Positions 28,801 through 43,110 of a stretch of 64,000 nucleotides of DNA are shown here, in pieces; the first letter of the stretch is position 1; each line of letters opens with the position of its first letter. The stretch comes from Eledone cirrhosa (Eukaryota): positions 34,720,001-34,784,000 of the forward strand of contig OZ024758.1 in NCBI GenBank assembly GCA_964016885.1, in the 5' to 3' direction. A program made the position numbers and the translations under genes. The notes below the pieces were generated by a model. The model had not been told where the DNA came from, did not search any database, and saw only the letters and a program-made list of their open reading frames with translations.

Positions 28801-30699
28801 ATTCATTTAAGTTCATGGTATTAGCTGTCAGAAGTAACTCCACTGTTGGTGAGAATTCATTTATGTTCATGGTACTAGCTGTCAGAAGTAACTCCACTGT
28901 TGGTGAGAATTCATTTAAGTTCATGGTATTAGCTGTCAGAAGGAACGCCACTGTTGGTGAGAATTCATTTAAGTTCATGGTATTAGCTGTCAGAAGTAAC
29001 TCCACTGTTGGTGAGAATTCATTTAAGTTCATGGTACTAGCTGTCAGAAGTACTCCAATGTTGGTCAGAATTCATTTAAGTTCATGGTATTAGCTGTCAG
29101 AAGGAACTCCACTGTTGCTGAGAATTCATTTAAGTTCATGGTATTAGCTGTCAGAAGTAACTCCACTGTTGGTGAGAATTCATTTAAGTTCATGGTACTA
29201 GCTGTCAGAAGTAACTCCACTGTTGGTGAGAATTCATTTAAGTTCATGGTATTAGCTGTCAGAAGTCACTCCAATGTTGGTGAGAATTCATTTAAGTTCA
29301 TGGTATTAGCTGTCAGAAGTCACTCCACTGTTGGTGAGAATTCATTTAAGTTCATGGTATTAGCTGTCAGAAGTAACTCCACTGTTGGTGAGAATTCATT
29401 TAAGTCATGGTATTAGCTGTCAGCAGTAACTCCAATGTTGGTGAGAATTCATTTAAGTTCATGGTATTAGCTGTCAGAAGTCACTCCACTGTTGGTGAGA
29501 ATTCATTTAAGTTCATGGTACTAGCTGTCAGAAGTAACCCCAATGTTGGTGAGAATTCATTTAAGTTCATGGTATTAGCTGTCAGAAGTCACTCCAATGT
29601 TGGTGAGAATTCATTTAAGTTCATGGTATTAGCTGTCAGAAGTAACTCCACTGTTGGTGAGAATTCATTTAAGTTCATAGTATTAGCTGTCAGAAGTAAC
29701 TCCACTGTTGGTGAGAATTCATTTAAGTTCATGGTATTAGCTGTCAGAAGTAACTCCACTGTTGGTGAGAATTCATTTAAGTTCATGGTATTAGCTGTCA
29801 GAAGGAACGCCACTGTTGGTGAGAATTCATTTAAGTTCATGGTATTAGCTGTCAGAAGTAACTCCACTGTTGGTGAGAATTCATTTAAGTTCATGGTACT
29901 AGCTGTCAGAAGTAACTCCAATGTTGGTGAGAATTCATTTAAGTTCATGGTATTAGCTGTCAGAACGAACTCCACTGTTGCTGAGAATTCATTTAAGTTC
30001 ATGGTATTAGCTGTCAGAAGTAACTCCACTGTTGGTGAGAATTCATTTAAGTTCATGGTACTAGCTGTCAGAAGTAACTCCACTGTTGGTGAGAATTCAT
30101 TTAAGTTCATGGTATTAGCTGTCAGAAGTCACTCCAATGTTGGTGAGAATTCATTTAAGTTCATGGTATTAGCAGTCAGAAGTCACTCCACTGTTGGTGA
30201 GAATTCATTTAAGTTCATGGTACTAGCTGTCAGAAGTAACCCCAATGTTGGTGAGAATTCATTTAAGTTCATGGTATTAGCTGTCAGAAGTCACTCCAAT
30301 GTTGGTGAGAATTCATTTAAGTTCATGGTATTAGCTGTCAGAAGTAACTCCACTGTTGGTGAGAATTCATTTAAGTTCATGGTATTAGTTTGTCAGAAGT
30401 AACTCCACTGTTGGTGAGAATTCATTTAAGTCATGGTATTAGTTGTCAGAAGTAACTCCAATGTTGGTGAGAATTCATTTAAGTTCATGGTATTAGCTGT
30501 CAGAAGGAACTCCACTGTTGGTGAGAATTCATTTAAGTTCATGGTATTAGCTGTCAGAAGTAACTCCACTGTTGGTGAGAATTCATTTAAGTCATGGTAT
30601 TAGCTGTCAGAAGTAACTCCATTGTTGGTGAGAATTCATTTAAGTCATGGTACTAGCTGTCAGAAGTAACTCCAATGTTGGTGAGAATTCATTTAAGTC
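13829..30699. repeat. Five-copy higher-order repeat based on a 65-monomer unit (3504, 2911, [+592], 2911, 3450, ~3503 bp)
   Basis: Private markers GTCATGATA (ORFs starting MIL at 15177, 18088, 21591, 25041, 28545), GTCAGCAGT (monomers 16039, 18950, 22453, 25903, 29407) and AAGTTTGTGG each occur once per copy. The 331-aa pseudo-ORF is identical in all five. Confidence 0.93.
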
Positions 30700-33600
30700 A
30701 TGGTACTAGCTGTCAGAAGTAACTCCAATGTTGGTGAGAATTCATTTAAGTTCATGTTATTAGCTGTCAGAAGGAACTCCACTGTTGGTGAGAATACATG
30801 TAAGTTCATGGTACTAGCTGTCAGAAGTAACCCCAATGTTGGTGAGAATTCATTTAAGTTCATGGTATTAGCTGTCAGAAGTCACTCCAATGTTGGTGAG
30901 AATTCATTTAAGTTCATGGTATTAGCTGTCAGAAGTAACTCCACTGTTGGTAAGAATTCATTTAAGTTCATGGTATTAGCTGTCAGAAGTAACTCTACTG
31001 TTGGTGAGAATTCATTTAAGTTCATGGTATTAGCTGTAAGAAGGAACGCCACTGTTGGTGAGAATTCATTTAAGTTCATGGTATTAGCTGTCAGAAGTAA
31101 CTCCACTGTTGGTGAGAATTCATTTACGTTCATGGTACTAGCTGTCAGAAGTAACTCCAATGTTGGTCAGAATTCATTTAAGTTCATGGTATTAGCTGTC
31201 AGAAGGAACTCCACTGTTGCTGAGAATTCATTTAAGTTCGTGGTATTAGCTGTCAGAAGGAACTCCACTGTTGCTGAGAATTCATTTAAGTTCATGGTAT
31301 TAGCTGTCAGAAGGAACTCCACTGTTGCTGAGAATTCATTTAAGTTCATGGTATTAGCTGTCAGAAGGAACTCCACTGTTGGTGAGAATTCATTTAAGTT
31401 CATGGTACTAGCTGTCAGAAGTAACCCCAATGTTGGTGAGAATTCATTTAAGTTCATGGTATTAGCTGTCAGAAGTAACTCCACTGTTGGTGAGAATTCA
31501 TTTACGTTCATGGTACTAGCTGTCAGAAGTAACTCCAATGTTGGTCAGAATTCATTTAAGTTCATGGTATTAGCTGTCATAAGGAACTCCACTGTTGCTG
31601 AGAATTCATTTAAGTTCGTGGTATTAGCTGTCAGAAGGAACTCCACTGTTGCTGAGAATTCATTTAAGTTCATAGTATTAGCTGTCAGAAGGAACTCCAC
31701 TGTTGCTGAGAATTCATTTAAGTTCATGGTATTAGCTGTCAGAAGTCACTCCACTGTTGGTGAGAATTCATTTAAGTTCATGGTACTAGCTGTCAGAAGT
31801 AACCCCAATGTTGGTGAGAATTCATTTAAGTTCATGGTATTAGCTGTCAGAAGTAACTCCACTGTTGGTGAGAATTCATTTAAGTCATGGTATTAGCTGT
31901 CTGAAGTAACTCCAATTTTGGTGAGAATTCATTTAAGTTCATGGTATTAGCTGTCAGAAGTAACTCCACTGTTGGTGAGAATTCATTTAAGTTCATGGTA
32001 CTAGCTGTCAGAAGTAACCCCAATGTTGGTGAGAATTCATTTAAGTTCATGGTATTAGCTGTCAGAAGTCACTCCACTGTTGGTGAGAATTCATTTAAGT
32101 TCATGGTACTAGCTGTCAGAAGTAACCCCAATGTTGGTGAGAATTCATTTAAGTTCATGGTATTAGCTGTTAGAAGTCACTCCACTGTTGGTGAGAATTC
32201 ATTTAAGTTCATGGTACTAGCTGTCAGAAGTAACCCCAATGTTGGTGAGAATTCATTTAAGTTCATGGTATTAGCTGTCAGAAGTCACTCCAATGTTGGT
32301 GAGAATTCATTTAAGTTCATGGTATTAGCTGTCAGAAGTAACTCCACTGTTGGTGAGAATTCATTTAAGTTCATGGTATTAGCTGTCAGAAGTAACTCCA
32401 CTGTTGGTGAGAATTCATTTAAGTTCATGGTATTAGCTGTCAGAAGTAACTCCACTGTTGGTGAGAATTCATTTAAGTTCATGGTATTAGCTGTCAGAAG
32501 GAACTCCAATGTTGGTGAGAATTCATTTAAGTCATGGTACTAGCTGTCAGAAGTAACTCCACTGTTGGTGAGAATTCATTTAAGTTCATGGTATTAGCTG
32601 TCAGAAGGAACGCCACTGTTGGTGAGAATTCATTTAAGTTCATGGTATTAGCTGTCAGAAGTAACTCCACTGTTGGTGAGAATTCATTTAAGTTCATGGT
32701 ACTAGCTGTCAGAAGTAACTCCAATGTTGGTGAGAATTCATTTAAGTTCATGGTATTAGCTGTCAGAACGAACTCCACTGTTGCTGAGAATTCATTTAAG
32801 TTCATGGTATTAGCTGTCAGAAGTAACTCCACTGTTGGTGAGAATTCATTTATGTTCATGGTACTAGCTGTCAGAAGTAACTCCACTGTTGGTGAGAATT
32901 CATTTAAGTTCATGGTATTAGCTGTCAGAAGTCACTCCAATGTTGGTGAGAATTCATTTAAGTTCATGGTATTAGCAGTCAGAAGTCACTCCACTGTTGG
33001 TGAGAATTCATTTAAGTTCATGGTACTAGCTGTCAGAAGTAACCCCAATGTTGGTGAGAATTCATTTAAGTTCATGGTATTAGCTGTCAGAAGGAACTCC
33101 ACTGTTGGTGAGAATTCATTTAAGTTCATGGTATTAGCTGTCAGAAGTAACTCCACTGTTGGTGAGAATTCATTTAAGTCATGGTATTAGCTGTCAGAAG
33201 TAACTTCATTGTTGGTGAGAATTCATTTAAGTCATGGTACTAGCTGTCAGAAGTAACTCCAATGTTGGTGAGAATTCATTTAAGTCATGGTACTAGCTGT
33301 CAGAAGTAACTCCAATGTTGGTGAGAATTCATTTAAGTTCATGTTATTAGCTGTCAGAAGGAACTCCACTGTTGGTGAGAATACATTTAAGTTCATGGTA
33401 CTAGCTGTCAGAAGTAACCCCAATGTTGGTGAGAATTCATTTAAGTTCATGGTATTAGCTGTCAGAAGTCACTCCAATGTTGGTGAGAATTCATTTAAGT
33501 TCATGGTATTAGCTGTCAGAAGTAACTCCACTGTTGGTAAGAATTCATTTAAGTTCATGGTATTAGCTGTCAGAAGTAACTCCACTGTTGGTGAGAATTC

Positions 33601-36600
33601 ATTTAAGTTCATGGTATTAGCTGTCAGAAGGAACGCCACTGTTGGTGAGAATTCATTTAAGTTCATGGTATTAGCTGTCAGAAGTAACTCCACTGTTGGT
33701 GAGAATTCATTTAAGTTCATGGTACTAGCTGTCAGAAGTAACTCCAATGTTGGTCAGAATTCATTTAAGTTCATGGTATTAGCTGTCAGAAGGAACTCCA
33801 CTGTTGCTGAGAATTCATTTAAGTTCATGGTATTAGCTGTCAGAAGTAACTCCACTGTTGGTGAGAATTCATTTAAGTTCATGGTACTAGCTGTCAGAAG
33901 TAACTCCACTGTTGGTGAGAATTCATTTAAGTTCATGGTATTAGCTGTCAGAAGTCACTCCAACGTTGGTGAGAATTCATTTAAGTTCATGGTATTAGCT
34001 GTCAGAAGTCACTCCACTGTTGGTGAGAATTCATTTAAGTTCATGGTACTAGCTGTCAGAAGTAACTCCACTGTTGGTGAGAATTCATTTAAGTTCATGG
34101 TATTAGCTGTCAGAAGTCACTCCAATGTTGGTGAGAATTCATTTAAGTTCATGGTATTAGCAGTCAGAAGTCACTCCACTGTTGGTGAGAATTCATTTAA
34201 GTTCATGGTACTAGCTGTCAGAAGTAACCCCAATGTTGGTGAGAATTCATTTAAGTTCATGGTATTAGCTGTCAGAAGTCACTCCAATGTTGGTGAGAAT
34301 TCATTTAAGTTCATGGTATTAGCTGTCAGAAGTAACTCCACTGTTGGTGAGAATTCATTTAAGTTCATGGTATTAGTTTGTCAGAAGTAACTCCACTGTT
34401 GGTGAGAATTCATTTAAGTCATGGTATTAGTTGTCAGAAGTAACTCCAATGTTGGTGAGAATTCATTTAAGTTCATGGTATTAGCTGTCAGAAGGAACTC
34501 CACTGTTGGTGAGAATTCATTTAAGTTCATGGTATTAGCTGTCAGAAGTAACTCCACTGTTGGTGAGAATTCATTTAAGTCATGGTATTAGCTGTCAGAA
34601 GTAACTCCATTGTTGGTGAGAATTCATTTAAGTCATGGTACTAGCTGTCAGAAGTAACTCCAATGTTGGTGAGAATTCATTTAAGTCATGGTACTAGCTG
34701 TCAGAAGTAACTCCAATGTTGGTGAGAATTCATTTAAGTTCATGTTATTAGCTGTCAGAAGGAACTCCACTGTTGGTGAGAATACATGTAAGTTCATGGT
34801 ACTAGCTGTCAGAAGTAACCCCAATGTTGGTGAGAATTCATTTAAGTTCATGGTATTAGCTGTCAGAAGTCACTCCAATGTTGGTGAGAATTCATTTAAG
34901 TTCATGGTATTAGCTGTCAGAAGTAACTCCACTGTTGGTAAGAATTCATTTAAGTTCATGGTATTAGCTGTCAGAAGTAACTCTACTGTTGGTGAGAATT
35001 CATTTAAGTTCATGGTATTAGCTGTAAGAAGGAACGCCACTGTTGGTGAGAATTCATTTAAGTTCATGGTATTAGCTGTCAGAAGTAACTCCACTGTTGG
35101 TGAGAATTCATTTACGTTCATGGTACTAGCTGTCAGAAGTAACTCCAATGTTGGTCAGAATTCATTTAAGTTCATGGTATTAGCTGTCAGAAGGAACTCC
35201 ACTGTTGCTGAGAATTCATTTAAGTTCGTGGTATTAGCTGTCAGAAGGAACTCCACTGTTGCTGAGAATTCATTTAAGTTCATGGTATTAGCTGTCAGAA
35301 GGAACTCCACTGTTGCTGAGAATTCATTTAAGTTCATGGTATTAGCTGTCAGAAGGAACTCCACTGTTGGTGAGAATTCATTTAAGTTCATGGTACTAGC
35401 TGTCAGAAGTAACCCCAATGTTGGTGAGAATTCATTTAAGTTCATGGTATTAGCTGTCAGAAGTAACTCCACTGTTGGTGAGAATTCATTTACGTTCATG
35501 GTACTAGCTGTCAGAAGTAACTCCAATGTTGGTCAGAATTCATTTAAGTTCATGGTATTAGCTGTCATAAGGAACTCCACTGTTGCTGAGAATTCATTTA
35601 AGTTCGTGGTATTAGCTGTCAGAAGGAACTCCACTGTTGCTGAGAATTCATTTAAGTTCATAGTATTAGCTGTCAGAAGGAACTCCACTGTTGCTGAGAA
35701 TTCATTTAAGTTCATGGTATTAGCTGTCAGAAGTCACTCCACTGTTGGTGAGAATTCATTTAAGTTCATGGTACTAGCTGTCAGAAGTAACCCCAATGTT
35801 GGTGAGAATTCATTTAAGTTCATGGTATTAGCTGTCAGAAGTAACTCCACTGTTGGTGAGAATTCATTTAAGTCATGGTATTAGCTGTCAGAAGTAACTC
35901 CAATTTTGGTGAGAATTCATTTAAGTTCATGGTATTAGCTGTCAGAAGTAACTCCACTGTTGGTGAGAATTCATTTAAGTTCATGGTACTAGCTGTCAGA
36001 AGTAACCCCAATGTTGGTGAGAATTCATTTAAGTTCATGGTATTAGCTGTCAGAAGTCACTCCACTGTTGGTGAGAATTCATTTAAGTTCATGGTACTAG
36101 CTGTCAGAAGTAACCCCAATGTTGGTGAGAATTCATTTAAGTTCATGGTATTAGCTGTTAGAAGTCACTCCACTGTTGGTGAGAATTCATTTAAGTTCAT
36201 GGTACTAGCTGTCAGAAGTAACCCCAATGTTGGTGAGAATTCATTTAAGTTCATGGTATTAGCTGTCAGAAGTCACTCCAATGTTGGTGAGAATTCATTT
36301 AAGTTCATGGTATTAGCTGTCAGAAGTAACTCCACTGTTGGTGAGAATTCATTTAAGTTCATGGTATTAGCTGTCAGAAGTAACTCCACTGTTGGTGAGA
36401 ATTCATTTAAGTTCATGGTATTAGCTGTCAGAAGTAACTCCACTGTTGGTGAGAATTCATTTAAGTTCATGGTATTAGCTGTCAGAAGGAACTCCAATGT
36501 TGGTGAGAATTCATTTAAGTCATGGTACTAGCTGTCAGAAGTAACTCCACTGTTGGTGAGAATTCATTTAAGTTCATGGTATTAGCTGTCAGAAGGAACG

Positions 36601-38030
36601 CCACTGTTGGTGAGAATTCATTTAAGTTCATGGTATTAGCTGTCAGAAGTAACTCCACTGTTGGTGAGAATTCATTTAAGTTCATGGTACTAGCTGTCAG
36701 AAGTAACTCCAATGTTGGTGAGAATTCATTTAAGTTCATGGTATTAGCTGTCAGAACGAACTCCACTGTTGCTGAGAATTCATTTAAGTTCATGGTATTA
36801 GCTGTCAGAAGTAACTCCACTGTTGGTGAGAATTCATTTATGTTCATGGTACTAGCTGTCAGAAGTAACTCCACTGTTGGTGAGAATTCATTTAAGTTCA
36901 TGGTATTAGCTGTCAGAAGTCACTCCAATGTTGGTGAGAATTCATTTAAGTTCATGGTATTAGCAGTCAGAAGTCACTCCACTGTTGGTGAGAATTCATT
37001 TAAGTTCATGGTACTAGCTGTCAGAAGTAACCCCAATGTTGGTGAGAATTCATTTAAGTTCATGGTATTAGCTGTCAGAAGGAACTCCACTGTTGGTGAG
37101 AATTCATTTAAGTTCATGGTATTAGCTGTCAGAAGTAACTCCACTGTTGGTGAGAATTCATTTAAGTCATGGTATTAGCTGTCAGAAGTAACTTTATTGT
37201 TGGTGAGAATTCATTTAAGTCATGGTACTAGCTGTCAGAAGTAACTCCAATGTTGGTGAGAATTCATTTAAGTCATGGTACTAGCTGTCAGAAGTAACTC
37301 CAATGTTGGTGAGAATTCATTTAAGTTCATGTTATTAGCTGTCAGAAGGAACTCCACTGTTGGTGAGAATACATTTAAGTTCATGGTACTAGCTGTCAGA
37401 AGTAACCCCAATGTTGGTGAGAATTCATTTAAGTTCATGGTATTAGCTGTCAGAAGTCACTCCAATGTTGGTGAGAATTCATTTAAGTTCATGGTATTAG
37501 CTGTCAGAAGTAACTCCACTGTTGGTAAGAATTCATTTAAGTTCATGGTATTAGCTGTCAGAAGTAACTCCACTGTTGGTGAGAATTCATTTAAGTTCAT
37601 GGTATTAGCTGTCAGAAGGAACGCCACTGTTGGTGAGAATTCATTTAAGTTCATGGTATTAGCTGTCAGAAGTAACTCCACTGTTGGTGAGAATTCATTT
37701 AAGTTCATGGTACTAGCTGTCAGAAGTAACTCCAATGTTGGTCAGAATTCATTTAAGTTCATGGTATTAGCTGTCAGAAGGAACTCCACTGTTGCTGAGA
37801 ATTCATTTAAGTTCATGGTATTAGCTGTCAGAAGTAACTCCACTGTTGGTGAGAATTCATTTAAGTTCATGGTACTAGCTGTCAGAAGTAACTCCACTGT
37901 TGGTGAGAATTCATTTAAGTTCATGGTATTAGCTGTCAGAAGTCACTCCAACGTTGGTGAGAATTCATTTAAGTTCATGGTATTAGCTGTCAGAAGTCAC
38001 TCCACTGTTGGTGAGAATTCATTTAAGTTC
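30055..38030. repeat. 74-monomer (3988 bp) tandem block duplication, 2 copies
   Basis: ORF starts 30700/34688, 32534/36522, 33287/37275 and ends 30402/34390 are all offset by 3988 = 74x54-8. Shared markers AATACATGTAAG, AACTCTACT, GCTGTAAGA. Confidence 0.93.
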
Positions 38031-39324
38031 ATGGTACTAGCTGTCAGAAGTAACCCCAATGTTGGTGAGAATTCATTTAAGTTCATGGTATTAGCTGTCA
38101 GAAGTCACTCCAATGTTGGTGAGAATTCATTTAAGTTCATGGTATTAGCTGTCAGAAGTAACTCCACTGTTGGTGAGGATTCATTTAAGTTCATGGTATT
38201 AGCTGTCAGAAGTAACTCCACTGTTGGTGAGAATTCATTTAAGTTCATGGTATTAGCTGTCAGAAGTAACTCCACTGTTGGTGAGAATTCATTTAAGTTC
38301 ATGGTATTAGCTGTCAGAAGGAACTCCAATGTTGGTGAGAATTCATTTAAGTCATGGTACTAGCTGTCAGAAGTAACTCCACTGTTGGTGAGAATTCATT
38401 TAAGTTCATGGTATTAGCTGTCAGAAGGAACGCCACTGTTGGTGAGAATTCATTTAAGTTCATGGTATTAGCTGTCAGAAGTAACTCCACTGTTGGTGAG
38501 AATTCATTTAAGTTCATGGTACTAGCTGTCAGAAGTAACTCCAATGTTGGTGAGAATTCATTTAAGTTCATGGTATTAGCTGTCAGAACGAACTCCACTG
38601 TTGCTGAGAATTCATTTAAGTTCATGGTATTAGCTGTCAGAAGTAACTCCACTGTTGGTGAGAATTCATTTAAGTTCATGGTACTAGCTGTCAGAAGTAA
38701 CTCCACTGTTGGTGAGAATTCATTTAAGTTCATGGTATTAGCTGTCAGAAGTCACTCCAATGTTGGTGAGAATTCATTTAAGTTCATGGTATTAGCAGTC
38801 AGAAGTCAGTCCACTGTTGGTGAGAATTCATTTAAGTTAATGGTACTAGCTGTCAGAAGTAACCCCAATGTTGGTGAGAATTCATTTAAGTTCATGGTAT
38901 TAGCTGTCAGAAGTCACTCCAATGTTGGTGAGAATTCATTTAAGTTCATGGTATTAGCTGTCAGAAGTAACTCCACTGTTGGTGAGAATTCATTTAAGTT
39001 CATGGTATTAGTTTGTCAGAAGTAACTCCACTGTTGGTGAGAATTCATTTAAGTCATGGTATTAGTTGTCAGAAGTAACTCCAATGTTGGTGAGAATTCA
39101 TTTAAGTTCATGGTATTAGCTGTCAGAAGGAACTCCACTGTTGGTGAGAATTCATTTAAGTTCATGGTATTAGCTGTCAGAAGGAACTCCAATGTTGGTG
39201 AGAATTCATTTAAGTCATGGTACTAGCTGTCAGAAGTAACTCCACTGTTGGTGAGAATTCATTTAAGTTCATGGTATTAGCTGTCAGAAGGAACGCCACT
39301 GTTGGTGAGAATTCATTTAAGTTC

Positions 39325-42300
39325 ATGGTATTAGCTGTCAGAAGTAACTCCACTGTTGGTGAGAATTCATTTAAGTTCATGGTACTAGCTGTCAGAAGTA
39401 ACTCCAATGTTGGTGAGAATTCATTTAAGTTCATGGTATTAGCTGTCAGAAGGAACTCCACTGTTGGTGAGAATTCATTTAAGTCATGGTATTAGCTGTC
39501 AGAAGTAACTCCACTGTTGGTGAGAATTCATTTAAGTTCATGGTATTAGCTGTCAGAAGTAACTCCACTGTTGGTGAGAATTCATTTAAGTTCATGGTAT
39601 TAGCTGTCAGAAGTAACTCCAATGTTGGTGAGAATTCATTTAAGTTCATGGTATTAGCTGTCAGAAGTAACTCCACTGTTGGTGAGAATTCATTTAATTT
39701 CATGGTACTAGCTGTCAGAAGTAACTCCACTGTTGGTGAGAATTCATTTAAGTTCATGGTACTAGCTGTCAGAAGTAACTCCAATGTTGGTGAGAATTCA
39801 TTTAAGTTCATGGTATTAGCTGTCAGAAGTAACTCCACTGTTGGTGAGAATTCATTTAAGTCATGGTATTAGCTGTCAGAAGTAACTCCAATGTTGGTCA
39901 GAATTCATTTAAGTTCATGGTATTAGCTGTCAGAAGGAACTCCACTGTTGCTGAGAATTCATTTAAGTTCATGGTATTAGCTGTCAGAAGTAACTCCACT
40001 GTTGGTGAGAATTCATTTAAGTTCATGGTACTAGCTGTCAGAAGTAACTCCACTGTTGGTGAGAATTCATTTAAGTTCATGGTATTAGCTGTCAGAAGTC
40101 ACTCCAACGTTGGTGAGAATTCATTTAAGTTCATGGTATTAGCTGTCAGAAGTCACTCCACTGTTGGTGAGAATTCATTTAAGTTCATGGTACTAGCTGT
40201 CAGAAGTAACCCCAATGTTGGTGAGAAATCATTTAAGTTCATTGTATTAGCTGTCAGAAGTCACTCCAATGTTGGTGAGAATTCATTTAAGTTCATGGTA
40301 TTAGCTGTCAGAAGTAACTCCACTGTTGGTGAGAATTCATTTAAGTTCATGGTATTAGCTGTCAGAAGTAACTCCACTGTTGGTGAGAATTCATTTAAGT
40401 TCATGGTATTAGCTGTCAGAAGTAACTCCACTGTTGGTGAGAATTCATTTAAGTTCATGGTATTAGCTGTCAGAAGGAACTCCAATGTTGGTGAGAATTC
40501 ATTTAAGTCATGGTACTAGCTGTCAGAAGTAACTCCACTGTTGGTGAGAATTCATTTAAGTTCATGGTATTAGCTGTCAGAAGGAACGCCACTGTTGGTG
40601 AGAATTCATTTAAGTTCATGGTATTAGCTGTCAGAAGTAACTCCACTGTTGGTGAGAATTCATTTAAGTTCATGGTACTAGCTGTCAGAAGTAACTCCAA
40701 TGTTGGTGAGAATTCATTTAAGTTCATGGTATTAGCTGTCAGAACGAACTCCACTGTTGCTGAGAATTCATTTAAGTTCATGGTATTAGCTGTCAGAAGT
40801 AACTCCACTGTTGGTGAGAATTCATTTAAGTTCATGGTACTAGCTGTCAGAAGTAACTCCACTGTTGGTGAGAATTCATTTAAGTTCATGGTATTAGCTG
40901 TCAGAAGTCACTCCAATGTTGGTGAGAATTCATTTAAGTTCATGGTATTAGCAGTCAGAAGTCAGTCCACTGTTGGTGAGAATTCATTTAAGTTCATGGT
41001 ACTAGCTGTCAGAAGTAACTCCACTGTTGGTGAGAATTCATTTAAGTTCATGGTATTAGCTGTCAGAAGTCACTCCAATGTTGGTGAGAATTCATTTAAG
41101 TTCATGGTATTAGCAGTCAGAAGTCACTCCACTGTTGGTGAGAATTCATTTAAGTTCATGGTACTAGCTGTCAGAAGTAACCCCAATGTTGGTGAGAATT
41201 CATTTAAGTTCATGGTATTAGCTGTCAGAAGTAACTCCACTGTTGGTGAGAATTCATTTAAGTCATGGTATTAGCTGTCAGAAGTAACTCCATTGTTGGT
41301 GAGAATTCATTTAAGTCATGGTACTAGCTGTCAGAAGTAACTCCAATGTTGGTGAGAATTCATTTAAGTCATGGTACTAGCTGTCAGAAGTAACTCCAAT
41401 GTTGGTGAGAATTCATTTAAGTTCATGTTATTAGCTGTCAGAAGGAACTCCACTGTTGGTGAGAATTCATTTAAGTTCATGGTATTAGCTGTCAGAAGTA
41501 ACTCCACTGTTGGTGAGAATTCATTTAAGTTCATGGTACTAGCTGTCAGAAGTAACTCCAATGTTGGTGAGAATTCATTTAAGTTCATGGTATTAGCTGT
41601 CAGAAGGAACTCCACTGTTGGTGAGAATTCATTTAAGTCATGGTATTAGCTGTCAGAAGTAACTCCACTGTTGGTGAGAATTCATTTAAGTTCATGGTAT
41701 TAGCTGTCAGAAGTAACTCCACTGTTGCTGAGAATTCATTTAAGTTCATGGTATTAGCTGTCAGAAGTAACTCCAATGTTGGTGAGAATTCATTTAAGTT
41801 CATGGTATTAGCTGTCAGAAGTAACTCCACTGTTGGTGAGAATTCATTTAATTTCATGGTACTAGCTGTCAGAAGTAACTCCACTGTTGGTGAGAATTCA
41901 TTTAAGTTCATGGTACTAGCTGTCAGAAGTAACTCCAATGTTGGTGAGAATTCATTTAAGTTCATGGTATTAGCTGTCAGAAGTAACTCCACTGTTGGTG
42001 AGAATTCATTTAAGTCATGGTATTAGCTGTCAGAAGTAACTCCAATGTTGGTCAGAATTCATTTAAGTTCATGGTATTAGCTGTCAGAAGGAACTCCACT
42101 GTTGCTGAGAATTCATTTAAGTTCATGGTATTAGCTGTCAGAAGTAACTCCACTGTTGGTGAGAATTCATTTAAGTTCATGGTACTAGCTGTCAGAAGTA
42201 ACTCCACTGTTGGTGAGAATTCATTTAAGTTCATGGTATTAGCTGTCAGAAGTCACTCCAACGTTGGTGAGAATTCATTTAAGTTCATGGTATTAGCTGT

Positions 42301-43110
42301 CAGAAGTCACTCCACTGTTGGTGAGAATTCATTTAAGTTCATGGTACTAGCTGTCAGAAGTAACCCCAATGTTGGTGAGAAATTATTTAAGTTCATGGTA
42401 TTAGCTGTCAGAAGTCACTCCAATGTTGGTGAGAATTCATTTAAGTTCATGGTATTAGCTGTCAGAAGTAACTCCACTGTTGGTGAGAATTCATTTAAGT
42501 TCATGGTATTAGCTGTCAGAAGTAACTCCACTGTTGGTGAGAATTCATTTAAGTTCATGGTATTAGCTGTCAGAAGTAACTCCACTGTTGGTGAGAATTC
42601 ATTTAAGTTCATGGTATTAGCTGTCAGAAGGAACTCCAATGTTGGTGAGAATTCATTTAAGTCATGGTACTAGCTGTCAGAAGTAACTCCACTGTTGGTG
42701 AGAATTCATTTAAGTTCATGGTATTAGCTGTCAGAAGGAACGCCACTGTTGGTGAGAATTCATTTAAGTTCATGGTATTAGCTGTCAGAAGTAACTCCAC
42801 TGTTGGTGAGAATTCATTTAAGTTCATGGTACTAGCTGTCAGAAGTAACTCCAATGTTGGTGAGAATTCATTTAAGTTCATGGTATTAGCTGTCAGAACG
42901 AACTCCACTGTTGCTGAGAATTCATTTAAGTTCATGGTATTAGCTGTCAGAAGTAACTCCACTGTTGGTGAGAATTCATTTAAGTTCATGGTACTAGCTG
43001 TCAGAAGTAACTCCACTGTTGGTGAGAATTCATTTAAGTTCATGGTATTAGCTGTCAGAAGTCACTCCAATGTTGGTGAGAATTCATTTAAGTTCATGGT
43101 ATTAGCAGTC
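39325..43110. repeat. 40-monomer (2154 bp) block duplication, second copy incomplete
   Basis: ORF starts 39486/41640, 39863/42017 and 40510/42664 are offset by 2154. Shared TTTAATTTC and GAGAAAT variants. Confidence 0.88.
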
